DNA of 64,000 bases from a bacterium (GCA_010029825.1 RGVZ01000001.1:3030-67029); one strand, 5' to 3'. Positions 10,377 to 19,508 are shown, counted from the stretch's first letter. The notes: generated by a model not told the origin, from the sequence alone. A program made the numbers and translations.

Positions 10377-10832
10377 TTAACTTCGGTTACGCAGCAACCA
10401 GAACGCGAAGGCGGCCAATGCCCCGCCCACGAGCACGATCAGGGTTGTCACAAGGACGTCGCTTTCGCCCCCGGTTCGCGGGGGCCGTGGGTACCCCGGC
10501 GCCGGCCTCCGCCCATGCCCGGGATTTGGCGGTTGCAGGCGGACGCGCCTGGCTCTCGTGGGGGGGGCCGCTTTCAGGTTCATGTCCTCGGCTTTTTTCG
10601 CCCAGCGCGACCGCCGTGGGGAATCCGCAAGGAACGGCGCGGCTTCATCAGTCGCCCCAAAAATCGCATCAATATCGATGATTTCCTGTTGTACCGAGGA
10701 CCCCTCCGCGGACGCGAAATCCCCCGGAGAAAGGACACCCTGGCGCAGTTGTTCCCGGATCTCAGCCGCCGTGAACGTCCCGAGCGGCTCGCCGCGCCGG
10801 TACACCGTCCATTTTTTCGCCGCAGGTGACAT
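10377..10832 (-). CDS. GYF_2 (DUF4339)-like domain protein with C-terminal TM anchor
   Basis: The N-terminus 'KWTVYRRGEPLGTFTAAEIREQLRQGVLSPGDF' resembles GYF_2. Followed by a Pro/Arg-rich linker and a C-terminal hydrophobic helix. The overlapping + strand ORF is compositionally implausible. Confidence 0.55.
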   Translation of the reverse strand: MSPAAKKWTVYRRGEPLGTFTAAEIREQLRQGVLSPGDFASAEGSSVQQEIIDIDAIFGATDEAAPFLADSPRRSRWAKKAEDMNLKAAPPTRARRVRLQPPNPGHGRRPAPGYPRPPRTGGESDVLVTTLIVLVGGALAAFAFWLLRNRS

Positions 10833-10854
10833 GGGAAGTCCTTTGGGTTAGGTT

Positions 10855-11442
10855 ATGCAGCCTATGAAAGTATCGGTCAAGGACCTCAGAAAACCATCGT
10901 CTATCAGGATCCACGGCGACGAACCGTGGCTTGAGGCCATTCACACGTCATTTGCCCTCGAGGCGGACGACACCTGCGCGCCCGGAGTTGAGGATAAACC
11001 CCGACGACTCAAGGGAGAAATCCACCTTCACACGGATGCCGCGGGATGCGTTCGCGTCACGGGCCATATCGATTTCGAACCCCTCGTGCCATGTAGTCGC
11101 TGTGACCTGCGGATCCCCCTGGACGCCAGCCAGGACGTCGACGCCCTGTTCAAGCCGGAGCCGCGCGACGCGGACGACCGTCGCGAAATCAACTTGTCGG
11201 CCGATGACCTCGAGACCCGCTTCATTGAAGGGGGCAAAGTCGACCTCGAGGAACTCGTCAACGACGCGGTGCAGACGGCGATCCCTTTCCAGACCTGCCA
11301 GACCGAACCCGGCACGGACCGCTGCCTGTTCTGCAAGGCGGACTTGTCGGCGCCGCGCGTGTTCTCAACGGGTGGGGAAGGGGTCGACGAAGTGCCCGAC
11401 TCCCCGTTCGCGAAACTCGCGGAACTGAAGAAAAAGAAGTAG
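10855..11442 (+). CDS. yceD: YceD/DUF177 family protein (23S rRNA accumulation protein)
   Basis: Contains Cys pairs 'CSRCDLRIP' and 'CLFCKADL'. Has an acidic middle and the typical tail '[13 protein letters not shown]'. Confidence 0.8.
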   Translation: MQPMKVSVKDLRKPSSIRIHGDEPWLEAIHTSFALEADDTCAPGVEDKPRRLKGEIHLHTDAAGCVRVTGHIDFEPLVPCSRCDLRIPLDASQDVDALFKPEPRDADDRREINLSADDLETRFIEGGKVDLEELVNDAVQTAIPFQTCQTEPGTDRCLFCKADLSAPRVFSTGGEGVDEVPDSPFAKLAELKKKK

Positions 11443-11451
11443 TTTTAGCGC

Positions 11452-11480
11452 TTGTCAAGCGCCCTCTACCCAAGTAGATT
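11452..11480 (+). promoter_or_regulatory. candidate sigma-70 promoter for rpsB-tsf
   Basis: TTGTCA (11452-11457), a 17-nt spacer and TAGATT (11475-11480). This would give a leader of about 150 nt before rpsB. Confidence 0.4.
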
Positions 11481-11635
11481 CCCCCAGCTTTTCAGGGGTA
11501 TCGGCGTGGTGCCGGTCCCCGCGACGCGGACCGCCGCATCGAAGGTGTCCCTTCCGGAAGTGCCACGAATCCAGTGGAGGCCCGGCCGGGATCTTGCGGT
11601 GGTCGAGGACCAACCTTCGAAAAAAGGAACGAGTT

Positions 11636-12436
11636 ATGTCAGTTACCGTGAACATGAAAGACCTGCTCGAAGCAGGCGTCCACTACGGCCACCAGGCACG
11701 TCGTTGGAACCCGAAAATGAAGCCGTACATCTTCGGCGAGCGCAACGGCATCCACATCATCGACCTCCAGAAGACCGTCAAGCTGTTCCAGAACGCTTGC
11801 GACTTCCTTGAGAAGACCACCTCGCGCGGCGGACACGTCCTGTTCGTCGGCACCAAGCGCATGGCACGCGACCTCGTCGCGACCGAATCCCGTCGCGCTG
11901 GCATGTACTTCGTCAACCACCGCTGGCTTGGCGGCACGTTGACCAACTTCGCGACCATTCGCCAGAGCATCCACCGCTTGAAGCGCATTGAGAAGATGGC
12001 GATGGACGGCACGTTCGACAAGCTGCCGAAGAAAGAAGTTCTTGGCCTCCAAAACGAGCGCGAGAAGCTCGAGCGCAACATCGGCGGCATCAAGGACATG
12101 CCGGGCATGCCGCGCGCGATTTTCATCGTTGACGCGCACAAGGAAACGATCGCCCTCCTGGAAGCCAGGCGCCTTGGCATCCCGGTGGTCGCCATCGCCG
12201 ACACCAACGCCGACCCGCAGATGGTTGACTACGTCATCCCGGGCAACGACGACAGCATCAGCTCACTGAAAGTGTTCATCTCGACCGCCGCTGAGGCGTG
12301 CCTCGCAGGCAAGATGAAGTCGAAGGACAAGACCGAGATGGGCGACAAGATGGATGGTGTTCACGAAGGCAAGTTCTTCGATGACGCCGGCAATGCTGTC
12401 GCTGTCGAGAAGCGCAAGCCGTCCAAGAAGCACTGA
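11636..12436 (+). CDS. rpsB: 30S ribosomal protein S2
   Basis: Starts '[28 protein letters not shown]'. The ATG at 11636 follows AAAGGAA. Confidence 0.95.
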   Translation: MSVTVNMKDLLEAGVHYGHQARRWNPKMKPYIFGERNGIHIIDLQKTVKLFQNACDFLEKTTSRGGHVLFVGTKRMARDLVATESRRAGMYFVNHRWLGGTLTNFATIRQSIHRLKRIEKMAMDGTFDKLPKKEVLGLQNEREKLERNIGGIKDMPGMPRAIFIVDAHKETIALLEARRLGIPVVAIADTNADPQMVDYVIPGNDDSISSLKVFISTAAEACLAGKMKSKDKTEMGDKMDGVHEGKFFDDAGNAVAVEKRKPSKKH

Positions 12437-12481
12437 TTGTCGATCGATTACTGAAACGATTCATTACGGGAACGAATTCCG

Positions 12482-13384
12482 ATGAGCATTACCGCATCCC
12501 AAGTCAAGGAACTGCGCGAGAAGACTGGCGTCGGCATGATGGAGTGCAAGAAGGCACTCGAGGAAAATGCTGGCGACATGGAAAAGGCGATCCTCTGGTT
12601 GCGCGAGCGTGGAATGTCCCGCGCCGCGAAGAAGGCTGATCGCGTCGCCGCTGAAGGTCTTGTTGAAGTCTACGTCAATGACGACCACAACGCCGGTGTG
12701 GTTCTCGAGCTGAACTGCGAAACCGACTTTGTCAGCAAGAACGACGATTTCCGCAAGTTCGCTCATGACTGCGCCCTGATCGCGCTGAAGCACAACCTCA
12801 ACTCTGCCGACGACCTTTTGGCGGCGACGATGGCGTCTGGCGCTACCGTGAAAAACACCCTGACGGAAATGATCGCCAAGATCGGCGAGAACATGAACGT
12901 CCGTCGTTGTACCGTGGTCAAGGCCCCCAATGGCCTCGTCGCCGGTTACATCCACATGGGCGGCAAGATCGGTACCCTCGTGGCCCTCGAAGGCGGCACC
13001 AAAAATGACGCCCTTGTTGCCCTTGGCAAGGACGTCGCCATGCACGTCGCGGCGGCTTCGCCCCGTTACATGACCAGCGAAGAAGTGAACAAGTCCGAGC
13101 TCGAGCAGGAGCGCGAACTTGCCCGCAAGAAGCTGATCGAGGAAAAGAAGCCGGAAGCGATGATCGAGAAGATCCTCGAAGGGCAGATGAAGAAGTTCTA
13201 CAAGGAAGTCTGCCTTGTCGACCAGGCCTTCGTGAAGGATCCTGACATGAACGTCGCGACACTCGTCCAGAAACAGGGCGGCGGCGCGAAACTTGTGAAG
13301 TTCGTCCGGTTCCACCTGGGCGAGGGGATCGAGAAGAAGGAAACGGACTTCGCGGCAGAAGTCGCGGCCCAGTTGAAACAATAG
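12482..13384 (+). CDS. tsf: translation elongation factor Ts
   Basis: Starts '[28 protein letters not shown]'. Confidence 0.95.
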   Translation: MSITASQVKELREKTGVGMMECKKALEENAGDMEKAILWLRERGMSRAAKKADRVAAEGLVEVYVNDDHNAGVVLELNCETDFVSKNDDFRKFAHDCALIALKHNLNSADDLLAATMASGATVKNTLTEMIAKIGENMNVRRCTVVKAPNGLVAGYIHMGGKIGTLVALEGGTKNDALVALGKDVAMHVAAASPRYMTSEEVNKSELEQERELARKKLIEEKKPEAMIEKILEGQMKKFYKEVCLVDQAFVKDPDMNVATLVQKQGGGAKLVKFVRFHLGEGIEKKETDFAAEVAAQLKQ

Positions 13385-13404
13385 GTTGCGTGATTCATCA
13401 AAAG

Positions 13405-13436
13405 GGCAGATTCTCAGAAGGGAATCTGCCTTTTTT
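13405..13436 (+). terminator. rho-independent terminator/attenuator after tsf
   Basis: The stem GGCAGATTC (13405-13413) pairs with GAATCTGCC (13422-13430), followed by TTTTTT. Confidence 0.7.
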
Positions 13437-13454
13437 CTTGGGGGATTTACGCCT

Positions 13455-14180
13455 TTGAAATCTGAAACAAAGCCTGAATTCAAACGCATCATGCTCAAGC
13501 TGTCTGGTGAGATGCTGGGTGGCAAGCAGGGTTACGGGATTGACGGTGACGCCATCGAGGTAATCGCGCGCGAAGTCGCGATGGTTCGTGAGATGGGAAT
13601 TGAAGTCGCGATTGTCATCGGTGGTGGCAATATTTTTCGCGGCAGCATCGCGTCGAAGTGGGGCATGGACCGCGCGTCGGCGGACTACATGGGAATGCTC
13701 GCGACCGTCATCAATGGATTGGCCCTGCAGGCCATTCTCGAGAACAAGTTTCACCTGCAAACCCGCGTCATGACAGCCATCACGATGACCGAGCTCGCGG
13801 AGCCGTACATCCGTCGACGGGCGATCAAGCACCTTGAGAGCGGACGCATCGTCATATTCGCGGGCGGCACCGGCAACCCGTTGTTCACAACGGACACCGC
13901 CGCCAGCCTGCGCGCCCGTGAGATTGGCGCGGAGATCATTCTGAAGGCGACCAAGGTTGACGGCATTTACGATAGTGATCCAGCCAAGAACCCGGCAGCC
14001 AAGAAGTTCGACACGCTGACGTACCTGGATGTCATCCAGAAGAAACTGGACGTCATGGACGCCACCGCGATTACCATGTGCATGGAGGCCAGCCTGCCGA
14101 TCCATGTATTCAAGATGGGTGAAGAGGGTTGCGTGAAACGCGCTGTGTCGGGTGTCAAAATGGGAACCATTGTGCGCTGA
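13455..14180 (+). CDS. pyrH: UMP kinase
   Basis: Contains '[18 protein letters not shown]...' and 'GGGNIFRG'. A TTG start at 13455 is chosen because ORF positions upstream overlap the tsf terminator. ATG 13490 is the alternative. Confidence 0.88.
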   Translation: MKSETKPEFKRIMLKLSGEMLGGKQGYGIDGDAIEVIAREVAMVREMGIEVAIVIGGGNIFRGSIASKWGMDRASADYMGMLATVINGLALQAILENKFHLQTRVMTAITMTELAEPYIRRRAIKHLESGRIVIFAGGTGNPLFTTDTAASLRAREIGAEIILKATKVDGIYDSDPAKNPAAKKFDTLTYLDVIQKKLDVMDATAITMCMEASLPIHVFKMGEEGCVKRAVSGVKMGTIVR

Positions 14181-14215
14181 GGCGCGCGAATGGCGAATAG
14201 TGAGGAAGGACTAGA

Positions 14216-14773
14216 ATGTCAGCTGATGTGATCAACCAGTGCAAACAGGCGATGGACAAGCGTATCAAGGGTTTCGAGAATGAGTTGAAGCTCGTCCGCA
14301 CGGGGCGCGCTTCCATCACCATCCTCGATCCTGTTCGTGTCGATTACTACGGGACGCCGACCCCGTTGAACCAGGTCGCGACGCTCACGACGCCAGATGC
14401 GCGGACGATCGTGATCGCTCCGTTCGAAAAACGCCTCATCCAGGATATCGAACGCTCCATCCAGATAGCGGACATTGGTGTCCAGCCGACCAACGATGGC
14501 AACGTCGTTCGCTTGCCGTTTCCCGCACTGACGGAAGAACGCCGCAAGGACATCGTGAAGAACCTCAAGAAAGTCGCCGAGGAATCGCGGGTCAGTATCC
14601 GCAACATCCGCCGCGACATCAACGAGGACATCAAGAAGAAAGAAAAGAACAAGGAAGTCAGCGAGGACGACAGCCGCAAGTTGCAGGCAGACGTCCAGAA
14701 ACTCACCGACCAGTACATCAAGTTGGTCGACGACAAGTTGGCCGCCAAAGAAAAAGAAGTGATGACGATTTGA
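14216..14773 (+). CDS. frr: ribosome recycling factor
   Basis: Contains 'MDKRIKGFENELKLVRTGRASITILD...'. Confidence 0.95.
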   Translation: MSADVINQCKQAMDKRIKGFENELKLVRTGRASITILDPVRVDYYGTPTPLNQVATLTTPDARTIVIAPFEKRLIQDIERSIQIADIGVQPTNDGNVVRLPFPALTEERRKDIVKNLKKVAEESRVSIRNIRRDINEDIKKKEKNKEVSEDDSRKLQADVQKLTDQYIKLVDDKLAAKEKEVMTI

Positions 14774-14968
14774 GAGAGGATTCTTCGGCCTGCGGCCTCA
14801 GAATGACGAGTCGGGCCCAGAGTGACGGGGAGAGGATTCTTCGGCCTGCGGCCTCAGAATGACGAGTCGGGCCCAGAGTGACGAGTCGGGCCCAGAGTGA
14901 CGAGGACGTCCCCGTCATTCTGAGCCCGAAACCCGTCATTCTGAGCCCGAAGGGCGAAGAATCCTTTC
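14774..14968. repeat. hairpin-repeat array, locus 1: two 56-bp tandem units, extra 19-bp sub-repeats and inverted copies
   Basis: 'GAGAGGA' unit starts fall at 14774 and 14830. Forward hairpin core is ATTCT-TC-GGCC-TGC-GGCC-TC-AGAAT (14780-14804). Reverse-orientation core is ATTCT-GA-GCCC-GAA-GGGC-GA-AGAAT (14938-14962). The array begins 1 nt after the frr stop. Confidence 0.85.
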
Positions 14969-14996
14969 TTCACCCCGCGCGTTTCACGCATTCAGA

Positions 14997-15518
14997 TCAG
15001 ATGTTGAACGAAGCCCCGATCGTCGCGAAGACGCTGTCCCTTTGCAGGGGCGCGTTGAACTTCCCGCCATCCGGCAGGCGCGACGCGTAACCGGTGCCAA
15101 TCAAAGCGCCGAAGTTTTCAGTCACCGGCACCACGAAATTCAGGCGACCCATGACAGTCCACCAGGCCCTCGCGTTGGCCAGCGTTGAGGTCGACTCAGC
15201 GTCGATCGTGCCACGAAGCAACGAGAGTCCGCCTGCCACCGAAAGTTTTCCGGGGATGATCTCGCGGTTGGCGTGCCAGTGGCCGCCCGCCTCGACTGCC
15301 CGGGCGTCGGGTTTGCTCAAGGAACCCTCCGAGTTCTGGTACTCGCGGATCCCCGCGGTCAGGCCGACGCTGGTTCCGGATCCGAGTGCGTATCCGGCGT
15401 CGATCGTTGTCGTCACCTGGTCTTGGCCCAGCAGTGAGACATCCAAGGTTGCGGCGACTGCCGGTGAGGCGGTTGTCGCGAGAATCGTGGCCCCGAAGAT
15501 GACATTTGCGATTTTCAT
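14997..15518 (-). CDS. small outer-membrane beta-barrel protein (OmpW/OmpA-barrel-like)
   Basis: The ATG at 15518 follows AAGGGAG. Has a signal peptide (MKIANVIFGATILATTASPAVA) and an alternating Gly/aromatic beta-strand pattern, about 173 aa in total. Confidence 0.6.
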   Translation of the reverse strand: MKIANVIFGATILATTASPAVAATLDVSLLGQDQVTTTIDAGYALGSGTSVGLTAGIREYQNSEGSLSKPDARAVEAGGHWHANREIIPGKLSVAGGLSLLRGTIDAESTSTLANARAWWTVMGRLNFVVPVTENFGALIGTGYASRLPDGGKFNAPLQRDSVFATIGASFNI

Positions 15519-15553
15519 GTGAACTCCCTTCTTTGTGTTACGTTTGAATATGT

Positions 15554-16588
15554 TCAAGGAAAAATAGCGTGACAAGCAATTCGCGCGAAGTGGATGCCGC
15601 CTCCCGCGCCCATGGCCGCACCAGCCGCTGTGCCCCAAGGTCCGCCCTTCGAGCCTTGAGCGGCCCCGTAAGCTGCCACACCGGCAGCCACCATTGGCAC
15701 GCAGTTGTCGAAATCAGACACCATTCCTGAGCCTTTAGCCGAGACGGCGATTGAGTTTGCCGTGTTCATGAGAGCTTTCTCCATGGCTGGCAACGGGTTC
15801 AGATCGGACAGGTCGGGAAGTTTCGGCATTTCGATTCTGGGCGGTTTCCAGCCACCCCAGGCCTCGAAGGAGACATTCGCTTGCGACAGTCTCGTACGCA
15901 GGCGCAGGTCCGTGTCGAGAGGCATGGCAAGGTTCATTTTCGCGTCATGGGTGGTGCCCAGATGGATGCCCACGGCCTTTTTGCCAATGGCCACCACGGA
16001 TCCACTCATGCCTTTGATCGTGTCGGCAGTGTACTCGATCAGTTGGTGCGACTTGTTGATCTGTGCGGCACCGAAACTCGTGGTGACGGGTTGACCAACA
16101 CCCCCGGTGCCGACGACCCGGACTTCCACGAGGGATTCACCGGATTTCGGAACCCCAGCGGAGATTTCGTAGTGGCTGTCAAATGGCACGGATGTGATCA
16201 GGCCGACGACATCTGTGGATTCGTCAATGAACGAGATCGTCGCGATGCGGGATTCTTTTCCGGCATTGGTGACAAAACGCGCGTCGATCAACTTCTCAAA
16301 TGCGGAATTAACGCAATGGGCCGTCGTCAGGACGCGGTCAGTGTCGTAAAGGAAGCCGTTGCAGGACGGGCCGCCAGGAATCTGGACCAGGCCGGTCGCT
16401 TGCATGTCAAAATCGTCTGCCTTGAATACGCGTTGATCTTCTCCGACGATCGATGCTTGTTGCGCCCCGGTTCCCCGGAGACAGGCGGTCATTGTCATCG
16501 GGATCATCAGGGTCATCAGCAGTTTCGTCAACGGAGCCCATCCCCGGTGTCGACATGCCCGAACGATCACTGTTTTCTTGCCAACCAT
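15554..16588 (-). CDS. trypsin-like (S1 family) serine protease lipoprotein with Gly/Ala-rich glycine-zipper C-terminus
   Basis: The ATG at 16588 follows GAGAGGTG. Has a lipobox-like 'MTMTAC'. His motif 'VLTTAHCV', Asp candidate 'STDVVGL' and Ser motif 'KGMSGSVV' are present. The tail reads 'VAAGVAAYGAAQGSKGGPWGTAAGAAMGAGGG'. Confidence 0.72.
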   Translation of the reverse strand: MVGKKTVIVRACRHRGWAPLTKLLMTLMIPMTMTACLRGTGAQQASIVGEDQRVFKADDFDMQATGLVQIPGGPSCNGFLYDTDRVLTTAHCVNSAFEKLIDARFVTNAGKESRIATISFIDESTDVVGLITSVPFDSHYEISAGVPKSGESLVEVRVVGTGGVGQPVTTSFGAAQINKSHQLIEYTADTIKGMSGSVVAIGKKAVGIHLGTTHDAKMNLAMPLDTDLRLRTRLSQANVSFEAWGGWKPPRIEMPKLPDLSDLNPLPAMEKALMNTANSIAVSAKGSGMVSDFDNCVPMVAAGVAAYGAAQGSKGGPWGTAAGAAMGAGGGIHFARIACHAIFP

Positions 16589-16636
16589 TCTGCACCTCTC
16601 TTTGTTAAGCCCGTTCAATTGGGCGCAGATGCGTAT

Positions 16637-16653
16637 GAGCAACCGGCGTGCCG
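16637..16653 (-). promoter_or_regulatory. sigma-54 (-24/-12) promoter upstream of the protease gene
   Basis: The minus strand reads cGGCACGccggTTGCTc, with GG-N10-GC spacing exact. The -12 element lies about 50 nt upstream of ATG 16588. Confidence 0.6.
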
Positions 16654-16791
16654 CGGACGAGCTTGCCAAAGAGAATATTTAGTTAAGTGATTTCAGTATG
16701 TTGGCTTGATTGACGTCTGAAGTGCCGGGGTCCTGGTCGATCGCTGGACCGGGGTCTGGCCGCCCGTGGCCCGAAGATGCGGCCAAGGGAA

Positions 16792-16947
16792 GAGAGGATC
16801 CTTCCTCTTCGCTGCGCTCAGAGTCAGGATGACGGGGGAGAAGATCCTTCGCTCCGCTCAGGATGACGGGGCTCAGGATGACGGGGGAGAGGATCCTTCC
16901 TCTTCGCTGCGCTCAGAGTCAGGATGACGGGGCTCAGGATGACGGGG
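16792..16947. repeat. hairpin-repeat array, locus 2 (about 95-bp unit duplicated, three full hairpin cores)
   Basis: 'GAGAGGATCCTTCCTCTTCGCTGCGCTCAGAGTCAGGATGACGGGG' occurs at 16792 and 16887. The variant 'GAGAAGATCCTTCGCTCCGCTCAGGATGACGGGG' is at 16838, and 'CTCAGGATGACGGGG' appears twice. The array ends exactly at the stop codon of the sigma-54 activator. Confidence 0.85.
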
Positions 16948-18117
16948 TCAGAGTTCCTGAGCCGGGGCGTTCAGCGGGGCGAGGCCGCGCTTCTTGATGC
17001 GCTCGACCAGGGTCGTGCGGTTGAGCCCCAGTAATTTCGCCGCCTGGTTCTTGTTGTGTCCCGTGCGTTCGAGGGCCTGCAGGATCATTGAGTTCTCGAG
17101 GTCCTCAATGAACTTGATAAGGTCAATCCCTTCCCTCGGGAGCTCGCCAAAGCTTGCCGGTACGACCGGCTTTGGGGCCTCGACCGGGCGAACGGCGAGC
17201 GGCATCGTCGCGTTGGACACCACTTGCGGGATCACGCAGGCGGGCGCGGCATGGTTCAATTCGGGGGGCAGGTCGTCGCGCGAAATTTCGCCGCCGCCTT
17301 TCAGGACGACCAGGCGCTCGATCATGTTCTGCAACTGGCGGACGTTGCCAGGCCATTCGAAAGCGCACAGCACCTGCATGGCTTCTTCGCCGAGGCTCGA
17401 GAATGTCTCGCAACCGTGCATGCGATTGGAGAGGTCGAGGAAATGATCGACCAGTTCCGGAATGTCCTCATTGCGCTCGCGCAGGGCCGGCAGGGTCACC
17501 GGGAGGACGTTCAGCCGGTAGAACAGGTCAAGCCGGAATGTCCCGGCCTTGACGGCCCTCTCAAGGTCGATATTGGTGGCGGCGACAATGCGGATGTCGG
17601 CGTCGCGGCTCTCGTTGCCACCCAGCGGGGTGAACTTCTTCTCTTGCAGGACACGGAGGAGCTTCGCCTGGAGCGCCAGTGGCATGTCGCCGATCTCGTC
17701 CAGGAACAGCGTTCCGCCTGAGGCCGCGTCAAAACGCCCAAGGCGCCGACGGTCGGCGCCTGTGAAGGCGCCCCTCTCGTGACCGAACAATTCGGACTCC
17801 AGGAGGTTCTCCGGGATCGCCGAGCAGTTGATTGCAATAAAGGGATGGCTGGAACGGGGCGAAAGCCGGTGAATGGCCGACGCGATGAGTTCCTTGCCAG
17901 TGCCCGACTCCCCGGAGATCAAGACGGCGCTTTCTGAATGGGCGATCTTGGCCACGGTCTCAAGGGCCTTGAGCATGGCCGGACTGCGTCCAATGATCTC
18001 GGGGAAGAGGGTTTCCCAGTCCCCTGTTTGAAGTCCTGGTCGGCCCTTGCCCCGGAAGAGCATGGACTGGGCGCGGGAAGAATCCTCTCCTGGGCGTCGA
18101 ATCTCAGGGGTATTCAT
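16948..18117 (-). CDS. sigma-54-dependent transcriptional activator (bEBP) lacking an N-terminal sensory domain
   Basis: Has Walker A 'GESGTGKE', 'ESELFGHERGAFTGA' and a C-terminal Fis-type HTH 'QAAKLLGLNRTTLVERIKK'. Only about 55 aa precede the AAA+ core. The ORF can extend by at most 18 codons, to 18171. Confidence 0.9.
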   Translation of the reverse strand: MNTPEIRRPGEDSSRAQSMLFRGKGRPGLQTGDWETLFPEIIGRSPAMLKALETVAKIAHSESAVLISGESGTGKELIASAIHRLSPRSSHPFIAINCSAIPENLLESELFGHERGAFTGADRRRLGRFDAASGGTLFLDEIGDMPLALQAKLLRVLQEKKFTPLGGNESRDADIRIVAATNIDLERAVKAGTFRLDLFYRLNVLPVTLPALRERNEDIPELVDHFLDLSNRMHGCETFSSLGEEAMQVLCAFEWPGNVRQLQNMIERLVVLKGGGEISRDDLPPELNHAAPACVIPQVVSNATMPLAVRPVEAPKPVVPASFGELPREGIDLIKFIEDLENSMILQALERTGHNKNQAAKLLGLNRTTLVERIKKRGLAPLNAPAQEL

Positions 18118-18186
18118 AGGATGAAACGGCCTCCAAAAAAGGGCGTAACTATCTGACCCCGCCCGATGCAAGGATCACCGGCGACT

Positions 18187-18300
18187 CCGGCAAATTCCCT
18201 GGTGACCCGGCGGCCCAAGCCCCATCTGATCTCTGTGTTGTTCGCGTAAATACAGAATAACAAAATTTGCCGGCCCCGTGCAAACTTCGCCCGGCAAATT
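18187..18300. promoter_or_regulatory. 10-bp repeated motif CCGGCAAATT (two direct copies and one inverted) in a divergent intergenic region
   Basis: CCGGCAAATT lies at 18187-18196 and 18291-18300. Its reverse complement AATTTGCCGG lies at 18264-18273. The last two form a perfect 10-bp inverted repeat with a 17-nt spacer. Confidence 0.35.
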
Positions 18301-18386
18301 CTTCCACCTCAAGGGTTTCACGGATTTTGTCCCTGTGCTGGAACAGGGGCAAGACTTCATGATATGACAAGCGAAAACGGGGTTTG

Positions 18387-19508
18387 ATGGTGAAAGTTGC
18401 ATTTGTCCATGACTGGCTGGTGACTTGCCGTGGCGGCGAAAAAGTGCTTGAGGCTTTGTTGCCCCTTTTTCCGGACGCGCCGGTCTTCACCCTCTTCTAC
18501 GATCCGGCCGCGATGCCGGAAAGCATTCGCTCAAGAAACGTTTTTTTTCCTGCCGGCCTGAACCGTCTGCGCCCTTTGCGAAAGGCGTTGCTTCCGTTCT
18601 TGCCAGCAGCGATCGAGTCGCTGCCGCTGTTTGAATTCGACTTGTTGATCAGCACATCTTCTTGTGTCGCGAAAGGAGCTCTGCCAGGACCTCTCGCGAG
18701 TCACTTGTGTTACATCCACTCGCCGATGCGTTACGTCTGGGACCAACGCGACGAGTATGTTGATCGCCTGCCGCGCATTCCAGGATTGAGGACAGTGATC
18801 AACCGTTTGTCCGCGGACCTTCGCCAGTGGGATGTTGTGTCCGCGAAACGGGTCGACCAATTTGTCGCCAACTCCAGATTCGTCCAGCAACGTGTACGTC
18901 GTTTCTACGGCCGCGACGCGGCGGTGGTTTATCCACCAGTCGATGTGGAGCGGTTCGTGAAGCAGGCTCAGGGGCGTCGTTACCAAACTGGTGCCAGGCA
19001 GGGCGATTACTATCTCGTGGCGGGCGCGGCGGTCTCCTACAAGAGGTTTGACTTGGCGGTGGACGCTTGCCGCAAGCTCGGGCGCAAACTGGTGATCGCA
19101 GGAGACGGTCCTGAATGGCAATCGTTGCGAAAACGCGCTGGCGCCGGTGTTGAATTTGTCCGCAGGCCCGATGACGCAACCTGGGAATCGTTGATGGGAG
19201 GCGCTCGCGCGCTTCTATTCCCGGGCGTCGAGGATTTTGGCATCACCGGAGTCGAGGCCCTGGCGGCAGGAACGCCAGTGATCGCCCAACGCGCGGGCGG
19301 GGCGTTGGATTTCATTGAGGAAGGATCCAGCGGCCTTTACTTTGATCGTCCGGAAGTCGACGATGTGGTCACCGCGATCAAGGGTTTCGAGGCGACCTTC
19401 GAGGTCCGCCCGGAGGTTCTGGAGTCACAGGCACGGAAATTCTCGACGGCCTCCTTCCAGAATGCGATGAAACAGGAAATTGACCAGTTGATGCGAAGCC
19501 GGCCATGA
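18387..19508 (+). CDS. glycosyltransferase family 4 (GT-B fold)
   Basis: Contains 'VKVAFVHDWLVTCRGGEKVLEALLPLFPDAPVFTL' and the C-terminal 'EDFGITGVEALAAGTPVIA'. Confidence 0.85.
   Translation: MVKVAFVHDWLVTCRGGEKVLEALLPLFPDAPVFTLFYDPAAMPESIRSRNVFFPAGLNRLRPLRKALLPFLPAAIESLPLFEFDLLISTSSCVAKGALPGPLASHLCYIHSPMRYVWDQRDEYVDRLPRIPGLRTVINRLSADLRQWDVVSAKRVDQFVANSRFVQQRVRRFYGRDAAVVYPPVDVERFVKQAQGRRYQTGARQGDYYLVAGAAVSYKRFDLAVDACRKLGRKLVIAGDGPEWQSLRKRAGAGVEFVRRPDDATWESLMGGARALLFPGVEDFGITGVEALAAGTPVIAQRAGGALDFIEEGSSGLYFDRPEVDDVVTAIKGFEATFEVRPEVLESQARKFSTASFQNAMKQEIDQLMRSRP

Noticed and set aside
12464-13525. 353-aa ORF antisense to tsf
   Set aside because: tsf on the + strand is unambiguous. The antisense translation is low-complexity (D/H/R/F/L runs) with no RBS context.
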